Shown here in pieces: positions 28,008-34,949 of a DNA stretch of 35,348 nucleotides (the first letter of the stretch is position 1; every line of letters starts with the position of its first letter). This DNA comes from a virus. Lineage: Duplodnaviria; Caudoviricetes. The notes beneath the pieces are model-generated. The model saw nothing but the letters and a program-made list of their open reading frames with translations, was not told where the DNA came from and searched no databases. The stretch covers positions 1-35,348 of IMG/VR virus record IMGVR_UViG_3300034073_003797; one strand, written 5' to 3'. The translations under genes were made by a program, and so were the position numbers.

Positions 28008-28591
28008 GTTTACTACCATTTTTAAACGAATCCAATATTGAAGTTGGGTTAGATGAAGCTGGTCGTGGTTGCCTTGCCGGTCCTGTCGTTGCCGCAGCGG
28101 TCATATTACCAAAACATTTTGACTATTCAATCGTCAGAGACTCTAAAAAATTAAGTGAGAAAAAAAGAAAAGAGGCCTTTGAATTGATAAAAAAAGAGGC
28201 TGTTGATTATAGTATTTCTTTTGTAACCCCACAAGAAATTGATAAATATAATATACTTCAAGCAACAATGTTAGCAATGCATAATTGTCTCGACATGTTG
28301 AGAGATTTTAACCATATATTAGTTGACGGTAATTATTTTAATGAGTATAAAGATATTCCACACACTTGTCTTATAAAAGGAGACGACACCTACTATTCAA
28401 TAGCTGCGGCATCTATATTAGCTAAAGTATCGAGAGACGAATACATGAAAGAGTTACATACTCAGTTTCCTAAATATAAATGGGAAGGTAACAAAGGTTA
28501 TGGTTCTGCCGACCATATTAAAATGATTAAAGAAATTGGTTATACAGAACATCATCGTATGTCATTTTTAAAAAATATCCTTCAGTCTTAA
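28004..28591 (+). CDS. rnhB: Ribonuclease HII
   Basis: GLDEAGRGCLAGPV, RDSKKL, LVDGN, KGD...SIAAASILAKVSRD, NKGYG, HRMSF. Confidence 0.97.
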   Translation: MSLLPFLNESNIEVGLDEAGRGCLAGPVVAAAVILPKHFDYSIVRDSKKLSEKKRKEAFELIKKEAVDYSISFVTPQEIDKYNILQATMLAMHNCLDMLRDFNHILVDGNYFNEYKDIPHTCLIKGDDTYYSIAAASILAKVSRDEYMKELHTQFPKYKWEGNKGYGSADHIKMIKEIGYTEHHRMSFLKNILQS

Positions 28592-28615
28592 TTTTATTTT
28601 TGGTATTCTTACTAT

Positions 28616-29056
28616 ATGAAATTACCTAACAATGTTTTAAAATCTGTCATAGAAAGAACTGAACAAGTTTTTAAAAACTATGTTAGAAAACCACACCTAT
28701 CAAAAAAAGATGTAATTGGTGAGATTAACGATTTATATGATAATCAAAAAGAAGTGATTTGGATAGAAAACCCTCATCAGATTAGAAATATTTTAAAAAA
28801 CTCTGATAACCCATGGGTTTACCACTACTCATTAAACCTTAATTGGGTTCTATTCTTCAAAATTCTATATGAAGAATACCTGTTTGGGAAGGATGATTTA
28901 GATGAAGATATTTCAGATGTTTATCTAAAAACTTGGAGGTTAAAAATACTTTTTGACCATGCTGACGGTTTAATAGAAGATGGTGATAAAGTTTATATAG
29001 TTAAAGATGACTATAATTTAATACAAAAAGGACTTGATAGATTTACCTTGAGTTAG
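28616..29056 (+). CDS. Hypothetical protein
   Basis: 146 aa ORF. Confidence 0.7.
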   Translation: MKLPNNVLKSVIERTEQVFKNYVRKPHLSKKDVIGEINDLYDNQKEVIWIENPHQIRNILKNSDNPWVYHYSLNLNWVLFFKILYEEYLFGKDDLDEDISDVYLKTWRLKILFDHADGLIEDGDKVYIVKDDYNLIQKGLDRFTLS

Positions 29057-29684
29057 AACGGTAAAGACGGTTATACCCAATCCCCGTTCTTTCATGAATC
29101 TTTTTATACCAAGTCTTACGATTTTCTTTTGGGATGGATCCAAAGAATATAATATCACCAATTTTATTATCAAAACAATAAGTTCTTATTTTATTATAAA
29201 GTCTAATTGTTTCATCAATATCTTTACAGGTTACCAAATATAACTCTAAACCTTCTACAACAATCTTATTATTTAACATTAAAACTTGCTTAGGTGCCTT
29301 TTTTTGCTTATTTGGTATAACAACATAGTCTATAATTTCTTTTGCTGTTAATTTACGATTGGCACCTGAAATATTAAAAGTCTCTTCTACAAAGTAAGGG
29401 GCAACATCAACTATTACCCAAGAATCGTCATCAACCGATTCTTGAACAAATTTCCCTAATTCATTTTTTATGATTCTATCTGAATCTTCTTCGGTTCTTT
29501 TTTTTAAAAGTAAAATTTCATAATTAATATCTTCTAAAACTTTATCCTTGTAGATTTTAGTTTTAGGGAAGAATACTGCTTGAGATTTCAATTTTTCAAA
29601 CCTATAATTAACATCGTGTTCTCTACTATAATTGTGGAGAACTTTAATTTTTTTACGATTTTCGGTTAAAACTATTTGATACAT
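29043..29684 (-). CDS. Hypothetical protein (start refined to MYQIVL)
   Basis: Long ORF; minus-strand ATATTTAT at 29693-29700 just upstream. Confidence 0.75.
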   Translation of the reverse strand: MYQIVLTENRKKIKVLHNYSREHDVNYRFEKLKSQAVFFPKTKIYKDKVLEDINYEILLLKKRTEEDSDRIIKNELGKFVQESVDDDSWVIVDVAPYFVEETFNISGANRKLTAKEIIDYVVIPNKQKKAPKQVLMLNNKIVVEGLELYLVTCKDIDETIRLYNKIRTYCFDNKIGDIIFFGSIPKENRKTWYKKIHERTGIGYNRLYRSNSR

Positions 29685-29780
29685 ACTAATATATAAATAT
29701 GTTCCACACAAAATAAATTGGATAGTTATAAAAAAATATTAGATTATGTTAATCAGATTAATAAAATTATAAACAAAGAT

Positions 29781-30746
29781 ATGGGAAAATATCATGATAT
29801 ATTGGGTGTAAACCCTGGAGCAACAGAAGATGAAATTAAAAAAGCTTATAGAAAAAAAGCTATGGATTCACACCCAGATAAAGGTGGGAGTGAAGAAGAG
29901 TTTCAAAAAATTAACGAAGCTTATGAAATTTTAACTGGTAAAAGAGAAGAACCTAAAGATCCAAATCAGTTTAGAAACCCTTTTGGTGGAAACCCTTTTG
30001 GTGGAAACCCTTTTGTGAGAAATAACGGTTTTAGGATGAAAGCCAGAGCAATAAATTTGGATGTGAATTTGACTGTTGAAGAAGTTTATAATGGGTGTAT
30101 TAAAAATGTTAAATATTATGTTGATAGATTTTGCCATACCTGTAAAGGAAAGGGTGCTTTAAAATTTAGTTCCTGTGGTGCGTGTAATGGAAGGGGTATG
30201 TATGTCCAAAGTATGCACGGAATGCAAACTTTTACAATGTGTAATAATTGTGGTGGTTTTGGGCAAGTAAGTTTAGAAAATTGTGGTACATGTGCTGGGG
30301 TAGGTCTTAAAAAAGAAATTGAAAGTCTGGACATTAAAATTCCTAAAGGAGCTACTGAAGGCTCAAAAATGGTGGTCAATAACGGTGGTAACGATGTTGT
30401 TGGGGCTGAAAGGGGTGATTCAGTAGTTATCATTAGAGTTTTACCACATAAAAAATACGAACTAAATGGTTTAAATGTTAATCAAACCGAAGAAATATCT
30501 TTTGTTGATATGGTATTAGGTGGTGATATAGATATAACCACTTTAGGTGGTACTTTTAAAATAACGGTACCTAAATTCTGTGAAACAAATAAATTATTTA
30601 GATTAAGAGGTCAGGGTATTAAAGACGATGACACAGGTATAGTGGGTGATTTATACGTTAAAATAGTACCAAAAACACCAAAAGATATTACAGAACAAGA
30701 GAAAGATTTATTATTAAAACTAAAAGAAACAACTAACTTTTCATGA
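29781..30746 (+). CDS. dnaJ: DnaJ chaperone (class A; start refined to MGKYHDILGV)
   Basis: J domain with HPD, G/F region, four CxxCxGxG repeats, C-terminal domain. Confidence 0.95.
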   Translation: MGKYHDILGVNPGATEDEIKKAYRKKAMDSHPDKGGSEEEFQKINEAYEILTGKREEPKDPNQFRNPFGGNPFGGNPFVRNNGFRMKARAINLDVNLTVEEVYNGCIKNVKYYVDRFCHTCKGKGALKFSSCGACNGRGMYVQSMHGMQTFTMCNNCGGFGQVSLENCGTCAGVGLKKEIESLDIKIPKGATEGSKMVVNNGGNDVVGAERGDSVVIIRVLPHKKYELNGLNVNQTEEISFVDMVLGGDIDITTLGGTFKITVPKFCETNKLFRLRGQGIKDDDTGIVGDLYVKIVPKTPKDITEQEKDLLLKLKETTNFS

Positions 30747-30758
30747 TATTTATAATTG

Positions 30759-31982
30759 ATGAAGAAGCGTCAATTATTAAATGAAATCATGGGAGTACCA
30801 AAAGCAGTAGACTTTTGGGTAGATAACTTTTCTATTATCTTAGCGGGGATGGCTAAAGGACTTGTTAGTAAAGATGAGGTTGAAGAAAGTGATGTTGACT
30901 ATGTTAATAGTGAAAATGAAACTGTAACCGATACTGCTTACAGAGCTAGAACGGTAATGGAAGGTAAAGAATTTATGAATTGGGTTCTTAAAATAAATAA
31001 TTACACGGATTTAAGGCAATTATTAACAGACCCAAGGTTTCAACAATTCCCACTTTATAACCCAACTGTAACTCTTTCTTTATATTTTTTACCAGACGAG
31101 TTATTTCAACTTGAATTTGGGGGTAGAGATAGCTCTGATCTTGTAGAAGGAAGTCATTCTTTTAGAACAGATGAAAAAGCCATTTCAAAAATTGGTAATA
31201 ATAAAATTTTTGTTAAACAAAAATTAAATTTTCAAATTTATTTACCAACTTCAGATTTAGATAATCTAGACGTTGATAGTATAAGAAAAATGGTTAAAAT
31301 AACTGTTAGCCATGAATTAGTACATGCTTATGAAACTTTTAATAGAGTTTCCACATCTGGAGATCCTTTTCAAGGACAAGAATCTTTTTTAAATGCAGCA
31401 CAACAATTAATGCGAGACGACAAATACCCACAATGGGGACAGTTTTTAACATTAGTTTACTTACATCTTAGTTTTGAAATTAATGCTAGGGTAACACAAT
31501 TCTATTACAGTGTAAAAGATAAGGATATAAAAAACATTGATGAATTTATGGTTGAACTTAAAAAAAGTTCAGTTTGGAAAGAATTACAAATGTTAGAAAA
31601 TTTTAAAGCTGATGATTTTATAAACAGTTTTAAAATGAGAGGTGGTGATGACTTATTTGGTATGATGAATGATATCGGTAAACAAATGGAAAGAAGAGCA
31701 CAAGGTTTACCGGCAATTAAACCAATTAAATCACCAAAAGAAGGTATGCAACATTTAATTCAAGGATGGGATTCGGTTTTACAAATGTTAAATTTGAAAT
31801 TTTCAGAACAAGGTGTTTATAAAGGTAAACTTATGGAATTAGTACCAGCTAAAGCAATGAAAGATCCTTATAATTTTTTTAAATTTTTTGAAAAAAGATT
31901 TCACAAAAAGGCAGAAAAATTTAAAAGAAAACTTTATAACATATCAGTTTTAGTTTTGGATAAAAGTTTAATGGAAAAATAA
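30759..31982 (+). CDS. Hypothetical protein with zincin-like HExxH motif
   Basis: SHELVHAYE and downstream FEINARV; preceded by GATATTTAT. Confidence 0.65.
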   Translation: MKKRQLLNEIMGVPKAVDFWVDNFSIILAGMAKGLVSKDEVEESDVDYVNSENETVTDTAYRARTVMEGKEFMNWVLKINNYTDLRQLLTDPRFQQFPLYNPTVTLSLYFLPDELFQLEFGGRDSSDLVEGSHSFRTDEKAISKIGNNKIFVKQKLNFQIYLPTSDLDNLDVDSIRKMVKITVSHELVHAYETFNRVSTSGDPFQGQESFLNAAQQLMRDDKYPQWGQFLTLVYLHLSFEINARVTQFYYSVKDKDIKNIDEFMVELKKSSVWKELQMLENFKADDFINSFKMRGGDDLFGMMNDIGKQMERRAQGLPAIKPIKSPKEGMQHLIQGWDSVLQMLNLKFSEQGVYKGKLMELVPAKAMKDPYNFFKFFEKRFHKKAEKFKRKLYNISVLVLDKSLMEK

Positions 31983-31985
31983 AAT

Positions 31986-32591
31986 ATGAAGACACTGTTT
32001 TTTTATTTATTATTTCTTTTTTCAATATTAAAATCTTTTGGACAGTGTGCCGGCCCTACAACATTCACCCTAACACCAACACCACCAGCAAGTGGATATC
32101 TTCCTAATACAACAGTAACAGTTTGTTTTACTTTAACAAGTTTTACACAAACAAACTCTAATTGGTTTGAAGGATTTGATATTAATCTAGGTACTGGATG
32201 GACTAACGTAACACCTATTTCAGCTCCCGCAAATTGTGGTGGTAATGGGACAGGGGGTCAATGGATTTGGATGAATTCTGTAACATCAAACGCTACACCT
32301 GTTACCACAGTAGGTCCTGGTTATTTTTTTGATTTAAACAATGATGGTAATCCAGGTAATGATTATGGTGATAGTAATGCCGGTGGTAATTGTACTTGGA
32401 CTATGTGTTTTAGTGTTAAAGTTTCTAATAATTGTACACCACAAAACTTATCAATACAAATAGCACCTGGTGCTGATGGGGTTTGGGGTAGTTATACAAG
32501 TACGTCATGTGATAATGTAAATTATACTAATGTATATACAGGTTTCAGTAACCCGACACCAGTAGTTGTTGGGCCAATAAGTCATAACTAA
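31986..32591 (+). CDS. Secreted beta-rich adhesin-like domain protein
   Basis: Signal peptide ending SFG/QC; Cys pairs, Ca-binding-like DLNNDGNPGNDYGD; ends GPISHN. Confidence 0.75.
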   Translation: MKTLFFYLLFLFSILKSFGQCAGPTTFTLTPTPPASGYLPNTTVTVCFTLTSFTQTNSNWFEGFDINLGTGWTNVTPISAPANCGGNGTGGQWIWMNSVTSNATPVTTVGPGYFFDLNNDGNPGNDYGDSNAGGNCTWTMCFSVKVSNNCTPQNLSIQIAPGADGVWGSYTSTSCDNVNYTNVYTGFSNPTPVVVGPISHN

Positions 32592-32609
32592 GAAATAAAA
32601 AAAAGAAAA

Positions 32610-33170
32610 ATGAAAAACCTACTTCTACTCATCTTTACAATCCTAACAACAACTGTATTTGGGCAGTTAACAACCACCAATCCCGATACCGTATGTTATC
32701 AAACTAATGGTTCTATATATCAAGTACCTTCATTAGGGGCGGGATATACTTACAACTGGAACGTTGTTGCACCTGGGGTTATCACAGGTGGTCAGGGTAC
32801 TAATCAAATTAATGTTAATTGGTCGGCAGCAAACCCAGGGTTAATTAATAACGCTGTTACAGTGACAGCGACAGGACCAGGAGGTTGTCAAAGTTCACCT
32901 GTTACAATAAATGTTTTTATTTTACAAGTCATACCAACAATCACTGCTGTGGGACCTTTATGTCAAGGCGGTCCTTGTGTTAATTTAGTTGGTAGTCCGG
33001 CAGGCGGTACTTGGTCAGGTACAGGAGTTAGTAACGGCCAATTTTGTCCAACAACAAGTGGTAACTTTAATATTACTTACACAGTAACTCAGAATGGTTG
33101 TACATTTACAACCACAACAAGTATCGTAGTAGTACCATTACCTGTACTATCACCAATACAACATAACTAA
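32610..33170 (+). CDS. Secreted PKD/Ig-like repeat protein (SprB-type repeats)
   Basis: Signal peptide ending VFG/Q; YTYNW....G.ITGGQGTN.I.VNW and GSPAGGTWSGTGV; ends SPIQHN. Confidence 0.75.
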   Translation: MKNLLLLIFTILTTTVFGQLTTTNPDTVCYQTNGSIYQVPSLGAGYTYNWNVVAPGVITGGQGTNQINVNWSAANPGLINNAVTVTATGPGGCQSSPVTINVFILQVIPTITAVGPLCQGGPCVNLVGSPAGGTWSGTGVSNGQFCPTTSGNFNITYTVTQNGCTFTTTTSIVVVPLPVLSPIQHN

Positions 33171-33172
33171 CA

Positions 33173-33739
33173 ATGAAAAGGTTATTTTACATATTAATCT
33201 TATTGCCAATTTTTGCCTTTTCACAACAAGAAATTGAAGTTTGTGAAGGTGATAATGTGATTTTTACTTATTCAACAGGTACGAACCAAATGGGTAGTAT
33301 AAATTGGTATATAGATAACACTATAAAAGGTGGGGGTCAAACTTTAACCGTTAATTGGGCCGATTACTCTGCAGGAACTTACATCATTACCGCGGATTTT
33401 ATTTCAATATACAATTGTCCGGCAGAACAAGTTTCATTTCAGGTCATAACTAAAGAATGTGAACAAACAACTGTGTACATACCTAATTCTTTTACACCAA
33501 ATGGTGATAACACAAACGAGTTTTGGGTACCAAAAGGGTTTAATTACCAAGAACCTTATTTTTTTATAATGAATAGATGGGGTAATTTTTTATTTAGTTC
33601 AAATAGTTTTGATATTGGTTGGGATGGAACTTACGGTGGTAAAATATGCCAAGACGGTGTTTATGTTTACGTTGTTAGATGGAAAGATAAAAGAGGTAGA
33701 CAATACACAGATTACGGACATTTAACACTTTTAAGATAA
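33173..33739 (+). CDS. Secreted protein with T9SS type B (gliding-motility-associated, CHU_C) C-terminal domain
   Basis: Signal peptide AFS/Q; YIPNSFTPNGD..NE.W...IMNRWG...GWDGT...QDGVYVY...GHLTLLR. Confidence 0.88.
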   Translation: MKRLFYILILLPIFAFSQQEIEVCEGDNVIFTYSTGTNQMGSINWYIDNTIKGGGQTLTVNWADYSAGTYIITADFISIYNCPAEQVSFQVITKECEQTTVYIPNSFTPNGDNTNEFWVPKGFNYQEPYFFIMNRWGNFLFSSNSFDIGWDGTYGGKICQDGVYVYVVRWKDKRGRQYTDYGHLTLLR

Positions 33740-33740
33740 A

Positions 33741-33771
33741 TTTGACTTTATTATAAATTTTCGTACATTTG
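33741..33771 (+). promoter_or_regulatory. Bacteroidota-type sigma-A promoter (leader promoter P1)
   Basis: TTTG-N19-TACATTTG. Confidence 0.75.
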
Positions 33772-33805
33772 TGAATATTTAATTATTACAAATACTCCGT
33801 TAACT

Positions 33806-33877
33806 ATGACACACAGGTTTTTCAAAATAAGAGAGAGAAGAGAATCGACTAAAAGTCGGACTGGGTGTCGCATGTAG
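33806..33877 (+). CDS. Putative attenuator leader peptide MTHRFFKIRERRESTKSRTGCRM
   Basis: 23-codon ORF between promoter and terminator; contains AGA GAG AGA AGA GAA at 33830-33844. Confidence 0.6.
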   Translation: MTHRFFKIRERRESTKSRTGCRM

Positions 33878-33936
33878 TTACGTTTATATACATACACAAT
33901 CTCAAAATCCGACTAAAAAAATGGTCGGATTTTTTG
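33845..33936 (+). promoter_or_regulatory. Transcription attenuator (1:2, 2:3, 3:4 alternative hairpins)
   Basis: TCGACT(33845)/AGTCGG(33854); AGTCGGA(33854)/TCCGACT(33908); terminator AAAATCCGAC(33904)/GTCGGATTTT(33924) plus T tract. Confidence 0.65.
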
Positions 33937-33964
33937 TTTTTATGAAATATTGTTTTTATATTTG
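33933..33964 (+). promoter_or_regulatory. Second sigma-A-like promoter (P2) before the tRNA cluster
   Basis: TTTG-N20-TATATTTG. Confidence 0.55.
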
Positions 33965-33984
33965 TACTGTTCTTTGAAAATAAC

Positions 33985-34056
33985 GCTCCCATCGTCTAGG
34001 GGTTAGGACGCATCCCTTTCACGGATGAAACGCGGGTTCGATTCCCGCTGGGAGTA
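33985..34056 (+). tRNA. tRNA-Glu(UUC)
   Basis: GCTCCCA/TGGGAGT acceptor, CATCC-CTTTCAC-GGATG anticodon arm, GCGGG-TTCGATT-CCCGC T arm; no encoded CCA. Confidence 0.95.
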
Positions 34057-34059
34057 CTT

Positions 34060-34139
34060 TGTGTTGTTCCCTTGAGAAAGGAAGACTCGAGCAGTAGTAT
34101 GAATGACTGGACTACCAACACAGAGGATTTCTCACCCTC
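34060..34139 (+). ncRNA. Unidentified structured RNA with kissing-loop potential
   Basis: TGTGTTG/CAACACA, TTCC/GGAA, GTAGT/ACTAC, GAGG/CCTC stems; loops TGAGAAA and TTTCTCA are complementary. Confidence 0.5.
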
Positions 34140-34143
34140 AAAT

Positions 34144-34269
34144 AGTCAGGTGGCGGAATGTTAGACGCTAGAGCTGGAGTTAGGTCACACGCATTTTGGG
34201 TTCGAGTCCCGTTAGTTGGGCCAGCTAGGAGAGCCGTAGACCATGTGGGTTCGAGTCCCACTCTGACTA
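34144..34269 (+). ncRNA. tRNA-like RNA with expanded, non-canonical anticodon region and a second T-loop
   Basis: AGTCAGG/TCTGACT acceptor, Leu-like D arm TGGCGGAATGTTAGACGC, T arm GTGGG-TTCGAGT-CCCAC, internal GGG-TTCGAGT-CCC. Confidence 0.7.
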
Positions 34270-34273
34270 CAAA

Positions 34274-34405
34274 GGTAAGTTAAAACGTATCGTCAAATCG
34301 TATGTCGACTATTGGGGTTATAGGTCACTGGACTATAAACCATAGATAAGGCCCAGCCAGTGGAGGTAAAATTGCAATGTAGTCCTCAAAATATGGGAAC
34401 TTACC
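34274..34405 (+). ncRNA. Unidentified pseudoknotted RNA (about 130 nt)
   Basis: Closing stem GGTAAGTT/AACTTACC; TTATAG/CTATAA hairpin whose loop CACTGG complements CCAGTG; GAGG/CCTC, CCCA/TGGG. Confidence 0.5.
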
Positions 34406-34420
34406 AATGTTCTTTGAAAT

Positions 34421-34497
34421 TGTAATATGTGGGGTCGGAAACGTACCCGAAAGGGGTCAGATCGAGGGCTTAAAAATTTTAACCCACCTCTATTACA
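34421..34497 (+). ncRNA. Unidentified stem-loop RNA with GNRA tetraloop
   Basis: TGTAATA/TATTACA, GTGGG/CCCAC, CCC-GAAA-GGG. Confidence 0.4.
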
Positions 34498-34503
34498 TAA
34501 TTT

Positions 34504-34574
34504 GGTTCCATCGTTCAAGGGAAGGACAAATCTCTTCTAAAGATTTAATGGGGGTTCGAATCCCTCTGGGACTA
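34504..34574 (+). tRNA. tRNA-Arg(UCU)
   Basis: GGTTCCA/TGGGACT acceptor, AATCT-CTTCTAA-AGATT anticodon arm, GGGGG-TTCGAAT-CCCTC T arm; no encoded CCA. Confidence 0.9.
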
Positions 34575-34605
34575 CAAAAAAAGTAAAAAAAAGTAAAATA
34601 GCGTA

Positions 34606-34634
34606 TTGACAGAAAGACTTTTTATACTTAGTAT
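34606..34634 (+). promoter_or_regulatory. Possible canonical sigma-70-type promoter
   Basis: TTGACA-N17-TAGTAT upstream of the Ro60 leader RNAs. Confidence 0.4.
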
Positions 34635-34670
34635 TAACAAACGTTCTTGAAAATATTGATTCTTTGATTA

Positions 34671-34719
34671 TCTGAAGCGGTTGGAGTAATTTCATCAATT
34701 AAAACAACTACAATTCAGA
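34671..34719 (+). ncRNA. Y-RNA-like stem A
   Basis: TCTGAA/TTCAGA closing stem; shares TGAAGCGGT...AGT.A...CATCAA with stem B; upstream of TROVE gene. Confidence 0.4.
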
Positions 34720-34949
34720 AACGTAAAACGATAAAGCCGAAAGGTTTTGTTTTACGAAAAAAGTGTTTAACTTAAGCGTTTGACTTACTCAAGCCTTAGG
34801 AGTTCGATAACCTCTCTAAAAGTTATTAAGTTAAGGTAAGGTCTTTAAAATCTTCTCGGGGTCACTCCCGGCCAATCCCCTAGATGGGGAAGCAAGAAGT
34901 AACCATTATTCTGAGAAATTCTCAGGTAATCTAAGAAATCATACAAATA

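Noticed and set aside
29974-30014. Three copies of GAAACCCTTTTG
   Set aside because: Encodes NPFGG repeats of the normal DnaJ G/F-rich linker
432-30433. Numerous antisense or overlapping ORFs in the supplied track (for example 432..635, 1775..2143, 8741..9169, 10362..10733, 10779..11087, 17659..18315, 21324..21602, 30116..30433)
   Set aside because: Shadow frames of well-supported genes on the opposite strand, with the F/S/I/L-rich composition expected from reverse-reading E/K-rich genes
31986-33739. Frameshifted pseudogene of a single large adhesin
   Set aside because: Each ORF has its own signal peptide and start context, and two share a specific C-terminal motif, arguing for separate functional genes
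34057-34140. Theta/HDV-like or hammerhead ribozyme call
   Set aside because: Lacks the HDV P3/L3 and J4/2 consensus and the hammerhead CUGANGA/GAAA core; kept only as an unidentified RNA
34333-34518. 61 aa minus-strand ORF
   Set aside because: Overlaps tRNA-Arg and structured RNA elements on the plus strand; no protein features
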